A DNA stretch of 17,771 bases. Source: Candidatus Sysuimicrobiota bacterium. GTDB taxonomy: Bacteria > Sysuimicrobiota > Sysuimicrobiia > Sysuimicrobiales > Sysuimicrobiaceae. This document shows, piece after piece, positions 8,441-17,277 of the stretch. How positions within the stretch are numbered: the first letter of the stretch is position 1; every line of letters begins with the position of its first letter. The stretch spans positions 1-17,771 of the forward strand of contig PSLI01000038.1 of assembly GCA_040289515.1 (NCBI GenBank), read 5' to 3'. Both the position numbers and the translations under genes were made by a program. Under the pieces are notes generated by a model. That model saw only the letters and a list, made by a program, of their open reading frames with translations, was not told the origin of the DNA and ran no database searches.

Positions 8441-8732
8441 AAACCCGAGGATCGGGACGAGTACGCGGGCAGGACGCTTCCAGAGAGCTGCGAGCTAGGT
8501 GGGAGCGCGGCAGGCGTCGGCTCGCAGAATGGACCCGGGAGGGGCGGCCCGAACGGCCGAAGAGCTCAGTAGGCGCCGACGGGGCTCCGGCTCCCGTGAA
8601 TGCACAGCCGGCGGAATCGGACGAAGTCCTGTTCCGAGAGAGCCGCATGCCCGGAAGGGCTTGCGGAAGCCGGGTGGCACCGCGCGAGGCAATTCGCCTC
8701 CCGTCCCGAAGAGGACGGGAGGCGTTGTTTTT
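8441..8732 (+). ncRNA. T-box riboswitch, tryptophan-specific, transcription-attenuation type
   Basis: AGTA (8460-8463), AG box CAGAGAG (8481-8487), GGTG distal motif (8498-8501), specifier loop GAA-TGG-A with TGG at 8530-8532, stem II with GAA/AGTA, IIA/B pseudoknot (CCGGCT 8587-8592 with AGCCGG 8606-8611), T-box GGGTGGCACCGCG (bulge 8675-8681), antiterminator partner CGTCCC and a terminator. The bulge UGGC fits the G73 discriminator of bacterial tRNA-Trp. Confidence 0.96.
8695..8732 (+). terminator. Intrinsic terminator of the T-box leader
   Basis: Perfect 12-bp stem CGCCTCCCGTCC (8695-8706) / GGACGGGAGGCG (8713-8724), 6-nt loop, then TTGTTTTT. Confidence 0.93.
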
Positions 8733-8755
8733 AGATCACAGGGAGGATGGCGGGG

Positions 8756-8812
8756 ATGCGGTTCGTGGTCGGGATCACGGGGAAAGACCGCACCGGCCAG
8801 GTGGTGAGGTGA
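8756..8812 (+). CDS. 18-aa mini-ORF (MRFVVGITGKDRTGQVVR) resembling the first strand-loop of an ACT domain; possible gene remnant
   Basis: SD GGGAGG at 8741-8746, ATG at 8756, GC3-rich codons, and a TGA at 8810-8812 overlapping the tyrA GTG (GTGA). Confidence 0.5.
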   Translation: MRFVVGITGKDRTGQVVR

Positions 8813-9657
8813 GCCGGGTGCTGTTCGACTGCGTGGCCATCGTGGGCACCGGGCTTATTGGCGGTGCCTTGGGGATGGCCTTGCGGCAGGCAGGAGTGGT
8901 GCGGCGGGTGCTGGCTTATGACGTGGACCCGCACGCGGCGCGCCGGGCGGTGGAGCGGGGTGCCGCGGACGTGGCGGTGGACGACCCGCGGGCCCTGCGG
9001 GCCGCCCAGGTCGTGATGGTGAGCACGCCCCTGGATCAGATCGCGCACACGTGCCTAGCCCTCCGCCCCCACCTGAACCCCGAAGCCATCGTCACCGACA
9101 CCGGCAGTGTGAAGGCCCCCGTGGTCCGCGCCGTGGAGCATTCCGCGTATCCCCTGCGGTTCGTGGGCGGCCATCCCATGGCGGGGAGCGAGGGACAAGG
9201 CATCGAGGACGCCGACCCCGCTTTTCTGCGCGGGCGGCCGTACCTGCTGACCCCCACAGGCTTCACCGACCGGCAGGCCGTCGCCGAGGTGGCGGACCTG
9301 GTGCGCGCCATCGGCATGGTGCCCGTGGTGATGCAGCCGGAGGTGCACGACCGCCTGGTGGCCCTGGTGAGCCACCTGCCATACCTCGTGGCGTGCGCGG
9401 TGGTGCTGGTTGCCAGCTCGGAACCCGAGTCGTTGCAGGTGGGCGGGCCCACATTCCAGGAGCTGAGCCGGCTTGCCAGCAACCCCACATCCCTGTGGGC
9501 GCAGATCGCGCGCCTGAACCACGACGAGATCCTGCGGGCGCTCGAGCATTTCCGCAGAGAGCTGGACACCCTCGAAGGGGCCCTGCGCGGTGGCCAGCTA
9601 CGGCCGGCGCTGGAGCGGGCGCGCGAGGCTGCCCAGCGTGCCCGGACGGATCTGTGA
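8809..9657 (+). CDS. tyrA: Prephenate/arogenate dehydrogenase (TyrA family)
   Basis: Rossmann motif VAIVGTGLIGG..AYD, TDTGSVK, FVGGHPMAGSE and HDRLVALVSHLP. GTG start at 8809; 282 aa; no C-terminal ACT domain. Confidence 0.92.
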   Translation: MSRVLFDCVAIVGTGLIGGALGMALRQAGVVRRVLAYDVDPHAARRAVERGAADVAVDDPRALRAAQVVMVSTPLDQIAHTCLALRPHLNPEAIVTDTGSVKAPVVRAVEHSAYPLRFVGGHPMAGSEGQGIEDADPAFLRGRPYLLTPTGFTDRQAVAEVADLVRAIGMVPVVMQPEVHDRLVALVSHLPYLVACAVVLVASSEPESLQVGGPTFQELSRLASNPTSLWAQIARLNHDEILRALEHFRRELDTLEGALRGGQLRPALERAREAAQRARTDL

Positions 9658-11138
9658 TGCCGCTTCCCCTGCTGACCCTGGAGCCCGGGCCCCGGGCGTA
9701 TGAGGCGCGGCTTCAGGAAGGCAACGTGGTGCCCGTGTCGTGCGAGGTGGTGGCGGACCTGGAGACCCCCATTTCCGCCTTCCTGAAGCTGCGGGACCAG
9801 CCGGGTGCGTTCCTCCTGGAAAGCGTGGAGGGCGGCGAGCGGCTCGCCCGCTACTCCTTCCTGGGGGCGAATCCCCGACGGGTGATCACGTACCGGGACG
9901 GCCGGGTGTGCGTGGACCGCCGGATCTTGTCGGGTCCCCTGCTGGAGCGCCTGCGGGAGCTGCTGCAGCCCTACCGGCCGGTCCGGGATCCCGGTCTACC
10001 CCGCTTCTTCGGCGGCCTGGTGGGCTACTGGGGTTACGACCTGGTGCGGGACTGGGAGCGCCTTCCCGATCGGCCCCCCGACGACCTGGGGATCCCCACC
10101 GCGGAGCTGGGCCTGTACGACACCGTGGTGTGCTTCGACCACGTGCGCCGGCGCCTGCAGGTGGTGGCCTGCGCCTTCGCGGAGGAGGCCGGCGCGCAGG
10201 GCGCGTACCAGGACGCGCGGGAGCGCATCCACCGCATCCTGGAACACCTGCAACGGCCCCTGGAACCGGCCCCATCTCCCACGGCGGTTCGGTACGGCCC
10301 CGTCGTGTCCAACCTGACCCGGGAGGCGTTCCTGGAAAAGGTCCTACGGTGCAAGGCCTACATCCGCGCAGGCGACGTCTTCCAGGTGATCCTGTCCCAG
10401 CGGTTCGCGACCCGGGTGGGTGGCCTGGATCCCTTCCGCCTGTACCGCGCGGCCCGGGTCATCAACCCCTCACCGTTCCTTTTCTACCTGGAGTTCGGTG
10501 GGGCGCGCCTGGCGGGGTCCTCCCCCGAGCTGCTCGTGCGCCTGGAGGACGGCCAGGTGTGGATGCGGCCCATCGCGGGGACCCGGCCCCGCGGCCGCAC
10601 GCCGGAGGAGGACGCCTCCCTGGAAGCAGAGCTGCGCGCCAGCGAGAAGGAGCGCGCCGAGCACGTAATGCTGGTGGATCTGGCCCGCAACGACGTGGGT
10701 CGCATCTGCCGGCACGGTAGCGTGCGCGCCACCGACCTCATGGCGGTGGAACGCTACTCCCACGTGATGCACATGGTGAGTACCGTGCGCGGCGAATTGA
10801 GCCCCGGCCGGGACGCCTTCCACGTGCTGCAGGCGGTGTTCCCCCACGGGACCGTCACGGGTGCCCCGAAGGTGCGCGCCATGCAGATCATCGACGAGCT
10901 GGAGCCCACCGCCCGCGGGCCGTACGGGGGCGCGGTGGGCTACCTGGGGTTCGACGGAACCATGGACACCTGCCTCCTCATCCGGACCCTGGTGGTCAAG
11001 GACGGGGTGGCGTACGTGCAGGCGGGGGCCGGGGTGGTGGCGGACTCCGACCCGGAGGCGGAGTACCAGGAGACGGTCAGCAAAGCGCAGGCACTGCTGC
11101 AGGCGGTGGAGCTGGCCAGCTCGGGGGCCCTGGTGTGA
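9657..11138 (+). CDS. trpE: Anthranilate synthase component I
   Basis: FLLESVEGGERLARYSF, GDVFQVILSQR, SSPE, PIAGTRPRG, KERAEHVMLVDLARND, GAPKVRAM and QAGAGVVADS; TGATG overlap with tyrA. Confidence 0.95.
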   Translation: MPLPLLTLEPGPRAYEARLQEGNVVPVSCEVVADLETPISAFLKLRDQPGAFLLESVEGGERLARYSFLGANPRRVITYRDGRVCVDRRILSGPLLERLRELLQPYRPVRDPGLPRFFGGLVGYWGYDLVRDWERLPDRPPDDLGIPTAELGLYDTVVCFDHVRRRLQVVACAFAEEAGAQGAYQDARERIHRILEHLQRPLEPAPSPTAVRYGPVVSNLTREAFLEKVLRCKAYIRAGDVFQVILSQRFATRVGGLDPFRLYRAARVINPSPFLFYLEFGGARLAGSSPELLVRLEDGQVWMRPIAGTRPRGRTPEEDASLEAELRASEKERAEHVMLVDLARNDVGRICRHGSVRATDLMAVERYSHVMHMVSTVRGELSPGRDAFHVLQAVFPHGTVTGAPKVRAMQIIDELEPTARGPYGGAVGYLGFDGTMDTCLLIRTLVVKDGVAYVQAGAGVVADSDPEAEYQETVSKAQALLQAVELASSGALV

Positions 11139-11151
11139 GGGGGGGGTCGCG

Positions 11152-11772
11152 GTGATCGTGGTCGTGGACAACTATGATTCCTTCACCTACAACCTGGTGC
11201 AGCTTTTGGGCGAGCTGGGCGCGGACGTGGAGGTGCACCGCAACGATGCGGTTACGGTCCGCCAGCTTGCCGCGCGGGACCCAGAAGCGGTGGTGATCTC
11301 TCCCGGCCCATGCACGCCCAGGGAGGCGGGCGTTTCCAACGACGTGCTGCGGGAGCTCAGCCACCGGGTTCCGGTGCTGGGCGTGTGTCTGGGGCACCAG
11401 TGCATCGGCCACGTCTTCGGTGGCCGGGTGGTGCTGGCCCCGCGGCAGGTGCACGGCAAAACCAGCGAGGTGTGGCACGACCGCCGCACGGTGTTCGCGG
11501 GGCTGCCCAACCCCTTCCGGGCCACCCGTTACCACTCCCTGGTGGTGGACCCCACCCACCTGCCGCCGGAGCTGGAGGTCTCCGCCCGCAGCCCGGACGG
11601 GCTGGTCATGGGGCTGCGGCACCGCGGGCGGCCCGTGGAGGGCGTGCAGTTCCACCCCGAGTCGGTGCTCACGGAGGACGGCCGGGAGCTTGTGCGCAAC
11701 TTCCTGCAGCTGGTGCAGGCCTGGCACGCCACCGGCCGCTGGGGCGCAGCGCGGCAGGAGCTGAGGGGGTGA
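11152..11772 (+). CDS. trpG: Anthranilate synthase component II (glutamine amidotransferase)
   Basis: DNYDSFTYNL, SPGPCTP, GVCLGHQ, RYHSL and QFHPES. Confidence 0.95.
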   Translation: MIVVVDNYDSFTYNLVQLLGELGADVEVHRNDAVTVRQLAARDPEAVVISPGPCTPREAGVSNDVLRELSHRVPVLGVCLGHQCIGHVFGGRVVLAPRQVHGKTSEVWHDRRTVFAGLPNPFRATRYHSLVVDPTHLPPELEVSARSPDGLVMGLRHRGRPVEGVQFHPESVLTEDGRELVRNFLQLVQAWHATGRWGAARQELRG

Positions 11773-12776
11773 TCCGCGAGGCCATCGCGAGGGTCGCGGA
11801 GGGCAGCTCGCTGTCCGCGGAGGAGGCTGCCGCAGCCATGGGCGAGATCATGGACGGCCAGGCCACCCCCGCGCAGATCGGGGCCCTGGTTACCGCGCTG
11901 CGCATGAAGGGTGAAACCCCGGAGGAGATCGCGGGGTTCGCGGTCGCCATGCGGCAGCGGGCCCACCGCATCCAGCCGCGGGTACCCGTGTTCGTGGACG
12001 TGGTGGGCACGGGGGGCGACCGGTCCGGCACCTTCAACATCTCCACGGTAGCCGCCTTCGTGGTGGCAGGAGCCGGAGTACCCGTGGCCAAGCACAACAA
12101 CCGAGCCGTCAGCAGCCGTTGTGGCAGCGCCGACCTGCTGGAGGCCCTGGGTGTGCCCGCGGACGTGGAGCCGGAGCGCGCTCGACGGGCCATCGAGGAG
12201 GTGGGGATCGGCTTCCTGTTCGCGCCCCGCTTTCACCCCGCCATGCGGCACGCGGCCGGGCCACGTCGGGAGATCGGCCTGCGGACGGTGTTCAACGTCC
12301 TCGGACCCCTCACCAACCCCGCGGGGGCTCGCCACCAGGTGGTGGGTGTGTACGACGCCTCCCTGGTGGAGCCCATCGCGCGCGTACTGGCTCAGCTGGG
12401 TGCCCTGCATGCCTTCGTGGTGCACGGGGACGGGATGGACGAACTGGCGCCCAGCGGGCCGTCCCGTGTGGCGGAGGTAAAAGATGGGTGCGTGCGCACC
12501 TTCGAGCTGCGGCCTGAGGACGCAGGGCTTCCGCGACATCCCCCGCACGCGGTGCGGGGCGGGGAAGCAGAACACAACGCGCGCCTGGCGATGTCGGTGC
12601 TGCGCGGGGAGCGCGGGCCGCACCGGGACGTGGTGCTGCTGAACGCCGCCGCGGCCCTGCTGGCCGCGGGAACGTGTTCGGACCTGCGGGAGGCGGTCCA
12701 GCGGGCCGCGGAGAGCGTGGACCGGGGGGCCGCCCTGAGCAAGCTGGAGGAGCTCCGGGTGTTCCTGCAAGGGTGA
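11769..12776 (+). CDS. trpD: Anthranilate phosphoribosyltransferase
   Basis: DVVGTGGD, TFNIST, SSRCGSADLLEALG, RTVFNVLGPLTNP and GMDE; GTGA overlap with trpG. Confidence 0.96.
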   Translation: MIREAIARVAEGSSLSAEEAAAAMGEIMDGQATPAQIGALVTALRMKGETPEEIAGFAVAMRQRAHRIQPRVPVFVDVVGTGGDRSGTFNISTVAAFVVAGAGVPVAKHNNRAVSSRCGSADLLEALGVPADVEPERARRAIEEVGIGFLFAPRFHPAMRHAAGPRREIGLRTVFNVLGPLTNPAGARHQVVGVYDASLVEPIARVLAQLGALHAFVVHGDGMDELAPSGPSRVAEVKDGCVRTFELRPEDAGLPRHPPHAVRGGEAEHNARLAMSVLRGERGPHRDVVLLNAAAALLAAGTCSDLREAVQRAAESVDRGAALSKLEELRVFLQG

Positions 12777-12779
12777 ACC

Positions 12780-13589
12780 GTGGCGGTGCTGGAGCAGATC
12801 GTGGCTTTCAAGGCTGCGGAGCTGGCCGTGCGGCGCCGGAGCGTACCCGAGCCGGAGCTTGTCGCCCGCTGTGCGGCCGCGCCGCCCCCGCGTCCCTTCG
12901 CCGCAGCCCTCGCGGGCCCGGGGCTGCGGGTGGTGGCGGAGGTGAAGGCCGCTTCCCCCTCCGCGGGGGTGCTGCGGCAGCACCTGGACCCGGCCGGCCT
13001 GGCACGCACCTACGCCGCAGGGGGTGCCTGCGCGCTGTCGGTGCTCACCGACGAGCAGTTCTTCCGCGGTGCCCCGGAGCACCTGCCGGCTGCCCGGGCC
13101 GCGGTGGACCTCCCGGTCCTGCGCAAGGATTTCCTCCTGGACTGCTACCACGTGTACGAGGCCCGCGCCTTGGGTGCGGACGCGGTGCTCCTCATCGCCG
13201 CGGTCCTGCCGACAGGTCAGCTGCAGACCCTGCTCCGGCTTGCAGGACAGCTGGGCATGGCGGCCCTGGTGGAGGTGCACACGGAGGCGGAGGTGGACCG
13301 GGCCCTGGCGGCGGGGGCGCGTCTGGTGGGCATTAACAACCGCGACCTGCGCACCTTCCAGGTGGACCTGGGCACTACCGAGCGCCTGCGGCCCCGCATT
13401 CCGGACTCCGCAGTAGTGGTGAGCGAAAGCGGCATCGAGACCGGCCGGGACGTGCGCCGGGTGTGGGAGGCGGGGGTGCGGGCGGTGCTGGTGGGCTCCG
13501 CCCTGGTCCGCAGCCCGGACCCTGCCCGCAAGCTGCGAGAGCTGCTGAACGCCGTGAGCACGGAAGGAGGGAGAAGGTGGGACAGGTAA
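12780..13589 (+). CDS. trpC: Indole-3-glycerol phosphate synthase
   Basis: AEVKAASPS, SVLTD, LRKDF, EVH, GINNRDL and VSESGI. Confidence 0.96.
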   Translation: MAVLEQIVAFKAAELAVRRRSVPEPELVARCAAAPPPRPFAAALAGPGLRVVAEVKAASPSAGVLRQHLDPAGLARTYAAGGACALSVLTDEQFFRGAPEHLPAARAAVDLPVLRKDFLLDCYHVYEARALGADAVLLIAAVLPTGQLQTLLRLAGQLGMAALVEVHTEAEVDRALAAGARLVGINNRDLRTFQVDLGTTERLRPRIPDSAVVVSESGIETGRDVRRVWEAGVRAVLVGSALVRSPDPARKLRELLNAVSTEGGRRWDR

Positions 13590-14611
13590 CCCCGCACGCG
13601 GGGCCCAAGGCAACAGCACCCGTCGTCCCCCGGGTGTTCTCGGGGATCCAGCCCACGGGGCTCATCCACCTGGGCAACTACGTGGGAGCTCTGCGCCAGT
13701 GGGTGGAGCTGCAGCGCTGGTACGAATCGTACTTCTGTATCGTGGACCTGCACGCCATCACCGTGCCGTACGAGCCCGCGGAACTGCAGCAGCGCATCCT
13801 GGAGGCCGCGGCGGCCAACCTGGCCGCGGGCATCGACCCGGAGCGGTCGGTGCTGTTCGTGCAGTCCCACGTGCCCGAGCACACGGAGCTCATGTGGCTG
13901 TTGAACACCGTGACTCCCGTAGGCCAGCTGGAACGCATGACCCAGTACAAGGAGAAGGCGCGCCGCAGCAAGCACGGGGTCATGGCCGGGCTGCTGAACT
14001 ACCCCGTCCTGCAGGCGGCCGATGTGCTCCTGTACAAGGCCACCCTGGTCCCCGTAGGGGAAGACCAGGTGCAGCACATTGAGCTGATGCGGGACATCGC
14101 GGAGCGGTTCAACAACACCTTCGGGGAAACGTTCCCCCTGCCGGAGGCACGGCTGTCGAAGGGGGCCCGCATCATGGCTCTCAACGAGCCCACCAGGAAG
14201 ATGAGCAAGAGTGTGCCGGGCAGCTACATCGCCGTCACAGAGGAACCGGAGCAGATCCGGCGCAAGGTTCGGGCCGCGGTCACCGACCCCGGCCCGCCCC
14301 AGCGGGGGGCGCGGCTGGAGGACGCCAGCCCGGGGGTGGCCAACCTGTTTACCCTCCTGGAGGTGTTTGCGCCCGAGGCCTACGCGCACTTCGCGCAGGC
14401 GTACACGGAGGGGACCATCCGGTACAGCGAGCTCAAGCAGGTGCTGGCGGAGGCCCTGGTGGAGACCCTGGCGCCCATCCGGGAACGGTACCAGCACCTG
14501 ATGGCGCGTCCGCGGGAGGTTCAGGACATCCTGCGGTGGGGTGCAGAGCGAGCGCGCCCCGTGGCGCAGGCCACCATGGAGGAAGTGCGGCGTCGCATGG
14601 GCCTGCGGTAG
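13577..14611 (+). CDS. trpS: Tryptophan--tRNA ligase
   Basis: FSGIQPTG.IHLGNY (HIGH motif), YPVLQAAD, VPVGEDQ and KMSKS; SD AAGGAGG at 13564-13570 before GTG 13577. Confidence 0.97.
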   Translation: MGQVTPHAGPKATAPVVPRVFSGIQPTGLIHLGNYVGALRQWVELQRWYESYFCIVDLHAITVPYEPAELQQRILEAAAANLAAGIDPERSVLFVQSHVPEHTELMWLLNTVTPVGQLERMTQYKEKARRSKHGVMAGLLNYPVLQAADVLLYKATLVPVGEDQVQHIELMRDIAERFNNTFGETFPLPEARLSKGARIMALNEPTRKMSKSVPGSYIAVTEEPEQIRRKVRAAVTDPGPPQRGARLEDASPGVANLFTLLEVFAPEAYAHFAQAYTEGTIRYSELKQVLAEALVETLAPIRERYQHLMARPREVQDILRWGAERARPVAQATMEEVRRRMGLR

Positions 14612-14615
14612 CGCT

Positions 14616-15263
14616 GTGACCCGCGTGAAGATCTGCGGGATCCGCACTCCGGCCGCCGCCCGGGCTGCCGCGGAGGCCGGTGCGGACGCGGTGGGCTTCG
14701 TCTTCTACCCTCCCAGCCCCCGCTCCGTGGACCCCGCACGCGCCGTGGAGCTGGCGCGCCTGCTGCCACCTTTCGTGCTGCGCGTGGGGGTGTTCGTGAA
14801 CGCCCCCGTGTCCGTGGTGCGCCGTATCGCGGACGGGGTGGGCCTGGATCTGGTGCAGCTGCACGGGGACGAGCCCCCCGAGCTGTGCGCCCGCATGCCC
14901 CGGCGTGTCATCAAGGCGGTGCGGGTCGAAGGGCCGGAAGCCCTACAACGCGCCCGCACCTACACGGACTGCGCCCTCCTGCTGGACGCCCACGTGCCCG
15001 ATCGCTACGGGGGAACCGGACGAAGCTTCGACTGGTCCCTGGTGCGCGGCATGGACCGGCCCGTGATCCTCTCGGGCGGCCTGACGCCCGAGAACGTGGC
15101 CCAGGCCATCCGCCACGCCCGGCCGTACGCGGTGGACGTCAGCAGCGGGGTCGAGACAGACGGCGAGAAGGATCCCCGCAAGATCGCCGCCTTCGTGCGC
15201 GCCGTGCGGCAGGCGGACATGGAGCTGGAACGTCGGAACTCCCTTCAGGAGGTGCCTCCGTGA
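14616..15263 (+). CDS. trpF: Phosphoribosylanthranilate isomerase
   Basis: [41 protein letters not shown] and DVSSGVE. Confidence 0.96.
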   Translation: MTRVKICGIRTPAAARAAAEAGADAVGFVFYPPSPRSVDPARAVELARLLPPFVLRVGVFVNAPVSVVRRIADGVGLDLVQLHGDEPPELCARMPRRVIKAVRVEGPEALQRARTYTDCALLLDAHVPDRYGGTGRSFDWSLVRGMDRPVILSGGLTPENVAQAIRHARPYAVDVSSGVETDGEKDPRKIAAFVRAVRQADMELERRNSLQEVPP

Positions 15264-16447
15264 CGGCGCGCTTTGAGTTCCGGGGCTGCTTCGGGCCCTT
15301 TGGAGGTCGCTACGTGCCGGAAACCCTCGTCTCCGCCCTGGAGGAGCTGGAGGAGGCCTATCTTCGGTTTTCCCGTGACCCCTCCTTCCAGGCAGAGCTA
15401 AAGGGTCTGCTGGCCGACTACGCGGGCAGGCCCACACCCCTGTACTTCGCCCGCCGGCTGTCGAAGCGGCTGGGGATGCGGGTGTACCTGAAGCGGGAGG
15501 ATCTTCTGCACACGGGCGCCCACAAGATCAACAACGCCCTGGCTCAAGTGCTCCTGGCCCGCCGCATGGGCAAGCGCCGGGTCATCGCGGAGACCGGGGC
15601 AGGCCAGCACGGGGTCGCCACCGCCACCGCGGCGGCCATGCTGGGGATCCCGTGCGAGGTGTACATGGGGCAGGAGGACATGGAGCGCCAGGCCCTCAAC
15701 GTGTACCGCATGCAGCTGCTGGGCGCCCGGGTGATTCCCGTGGACGGTGGCACGCGGACCCTGAAGGACGCCATCAACGAGGCGCTGCGGGACTGGGTGA
15801 CGCACGTACAGGACACCTTCTACGTCATCGGGTCGGTGGTGGGGCCGCACCCGTACCCCACCATGGTGCGGGAGTTCCAGGCTGTCATCGGCCGGGAGGC
15901 ACGCCAGCAGGTGCTGGAACGGGCCGGCCGGCTGCCCGATGCGGTGGTGGCGTGCGTGGGCGGCGGTAGCAACGCCATGGGGCTGTTCGCGGGATTCCTG
16001 GCGGACGCCTCGGTCCGGCTGGTGGGCGTGGAGGCGGCAGGCCTCGGCCTGCACACGGCTCATCACGCGGCCAGCCTCACCGCGGGCAGCCCGGGGATCC
16101 TGCACGGGGCGTACACCTACCTCCTGCAGGACGAGGCGGGCCAGGTATTGCCCACCCACTCCATCTCCGCGGGGCTGGACTACCCCGCGGTGGGTCCGGA
16201 GCACGCGTACCTGAAGGAAACCGGCCGCGCGGAGTACGTGGCGGTCACCGACCGCGAGGCCCTGGAGGCCTTCCACCTGCTGGCGGAGCTGGAGGGGATC
16301 CTGCCTGCCCTGGAACCCGCCCACGCGGTGGCGTACCTGCCGCACCTGGCCGGGCAGCTACCGGAGGGTGCCGTGGTGGTGCTGGGGCTCTCCGGCAGAG
16401 GCGACAAGGACGTGGACACCGTGCGCAGGCGGGAGGTCCCGCGGTGA
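15260..16447 (+). CDS. trpB: Tryptophan synthase beta subunit
   Basis: [15 protein letters not shown] (PLP Lys), [20 protein letters not shown] and [12 protein letters not shown] overlap with trpF. Confidence 0.97.
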   Translation: MTARFEFRGCFGPFGGRYVPETLVSALEELEEAYLRFSRDPSFQAELKGLLADYAGRPTPLYFARRLSKRLGMRVYLKREDLLHTGAHKINNALAQVLLARRMGKRRVIAETGAGQHGVATATAAAMLGIPCEVYMGQEDMERQALNVYRMQLLGARVIPVDGGTRTLKDAINEALRDWVTHVQDTFYVIGSVVGPHPYPTMVREFQAVIGREARQQVLERAGRLPDAVVACVGGGSNAMGLFAGFLADASVRLVGVEAAGLGLHTAHHAASLTAGSPGILHGAYTYLLQDEAGQVLPTHSISAGLDYPAVGPEHAYLKETGRAEYVAVTDREALEAFHLLAELEGILPALEPAHAVAYLPHLAGQLPEGAVVVLGLSGRGDKDVDTVRRREVPR

Positions 16448-17238
16448 GCCGGCTGGCGGAGCTGTTCCGGCGGGTGCGGGCGCGCGGTCGGCCCGCCCTC
16501 ATGCCGTTCCTGGAGGCCGGGGATCCCCCCTTCGCTGTCCTCGAACGCGTCGTACGCGCCGCGGTGGAGGCAGGTGCGGAGGCGCTGGAGCTGGGGGTGC
16601 CCTTTTCCGACCCCGTGGCGGACGGCCCCGTGCTGCAGCGGGCTGCCCACCGGGCCCTGAGCCGGGGCGTGCGCCTAGCGGACGTGCTGGAGTTCGTGCG
16701 GGGCGTGCGGCGTCAGGTGGACGTGCCTGTGGCGCTGCTATCCTACGCGAACCCGCTGCTGCGGTACGGGTGGGAGCGCTTCTGCCGCGACGCCGTGGAC
16801 GCGGGAGCCGATGCGGTGATCCCCGCGGACCTCCCCGCGGACGAAGCGCAGCCCCTCGTGCACGCTGCGCGCGGGGCGGGGCTGGACACGGTGTTCCTGG
16901 TGGCCCCCACCAGCACGGACGCCCGCCTGAGGCTGGCCGCCGCGGCGTCCACGGGCTTCCTGTACTGCGTGTCCCTCACGGGCATCACGGGCCCCCGGGA
17001 GCATTTGAGTGAGGAGGCGCTCAAGCTCCTGCGCCGGGTGCGGCGGCTTACGGACCGGCCCGCGGTGGTGGGCTTCGGGATCGCAACCCCGCAGCATGCC
17101 CTGGCGGTGGCGGACCTGGCCGACGGGGTGATCGTAGGGAGCGCGCTGTACCGAGTCCTGGAGGGGGCCGGCGACCCCGTATTTGCCACGAGGGAGTTCC
17201 TGCGCCCCTTCGCCCTCACCCTGCAGACCCTCCGGTAA
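16444..17238 (+). CDS. trpA: Tryptophan synthase alpha subunit
   Basis: [29 protein letters not shown] and [13 protein letters not shown] overlap with trpB. Confidence 0.97.
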   Translation: MSRLAELFRRVRARGRPALMPFLEAGDPPFAVLERVVRAAVEAGAEALELGVPFSDPVADGPVLQRAAHRALSRGVRLADVLEFVRGVRRQVDVPVALLSYANPLLRYGWERFCRDAVDAGADAVIPADLPADEAQPLVHAARGAGLDTVFLVAPTSTDARLRLAAAASTGFLYCVSLTGITGPREHLSEEALKLLRRVRRLTDRPAVVGFGIATPQHALAVADLADGVIVGSALYRVLEGAGDPVFATREFLRPFALTLQTLR

Positions 17239-17277
17239 GCGCCGTGCGGCACGCCCTGTGCAACGCGTGTGGGTGTC

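Noticed and set aside
8596..8808. 71-codon N-terminal extension of tyrA in the ORF track
   Set aside because: It runs through the T-box and its terminator; TyrA homology begins at GTG 8809.
8756..8812. Mini-ORF as a classical trpL attenuator peptide
   Set aside because: It has no Trp codons and lies downstream of the terminator.
9657..11772. pabB/pabA (folate pathway) assignment
   Set aside because: PIAGT rather than PIKGT, an intact LLES motif, and the trpDCFBA context favour trpE/trpG. A shared role for TrpG is not excluded.
11529..14647. Long antisense ORFs (696 aa and 476 aa) and other long alternate-frame ORFs
   Set aside because: These are expected shadows of high-GC3 genes; no motifs, SD sequences or promoters support them.
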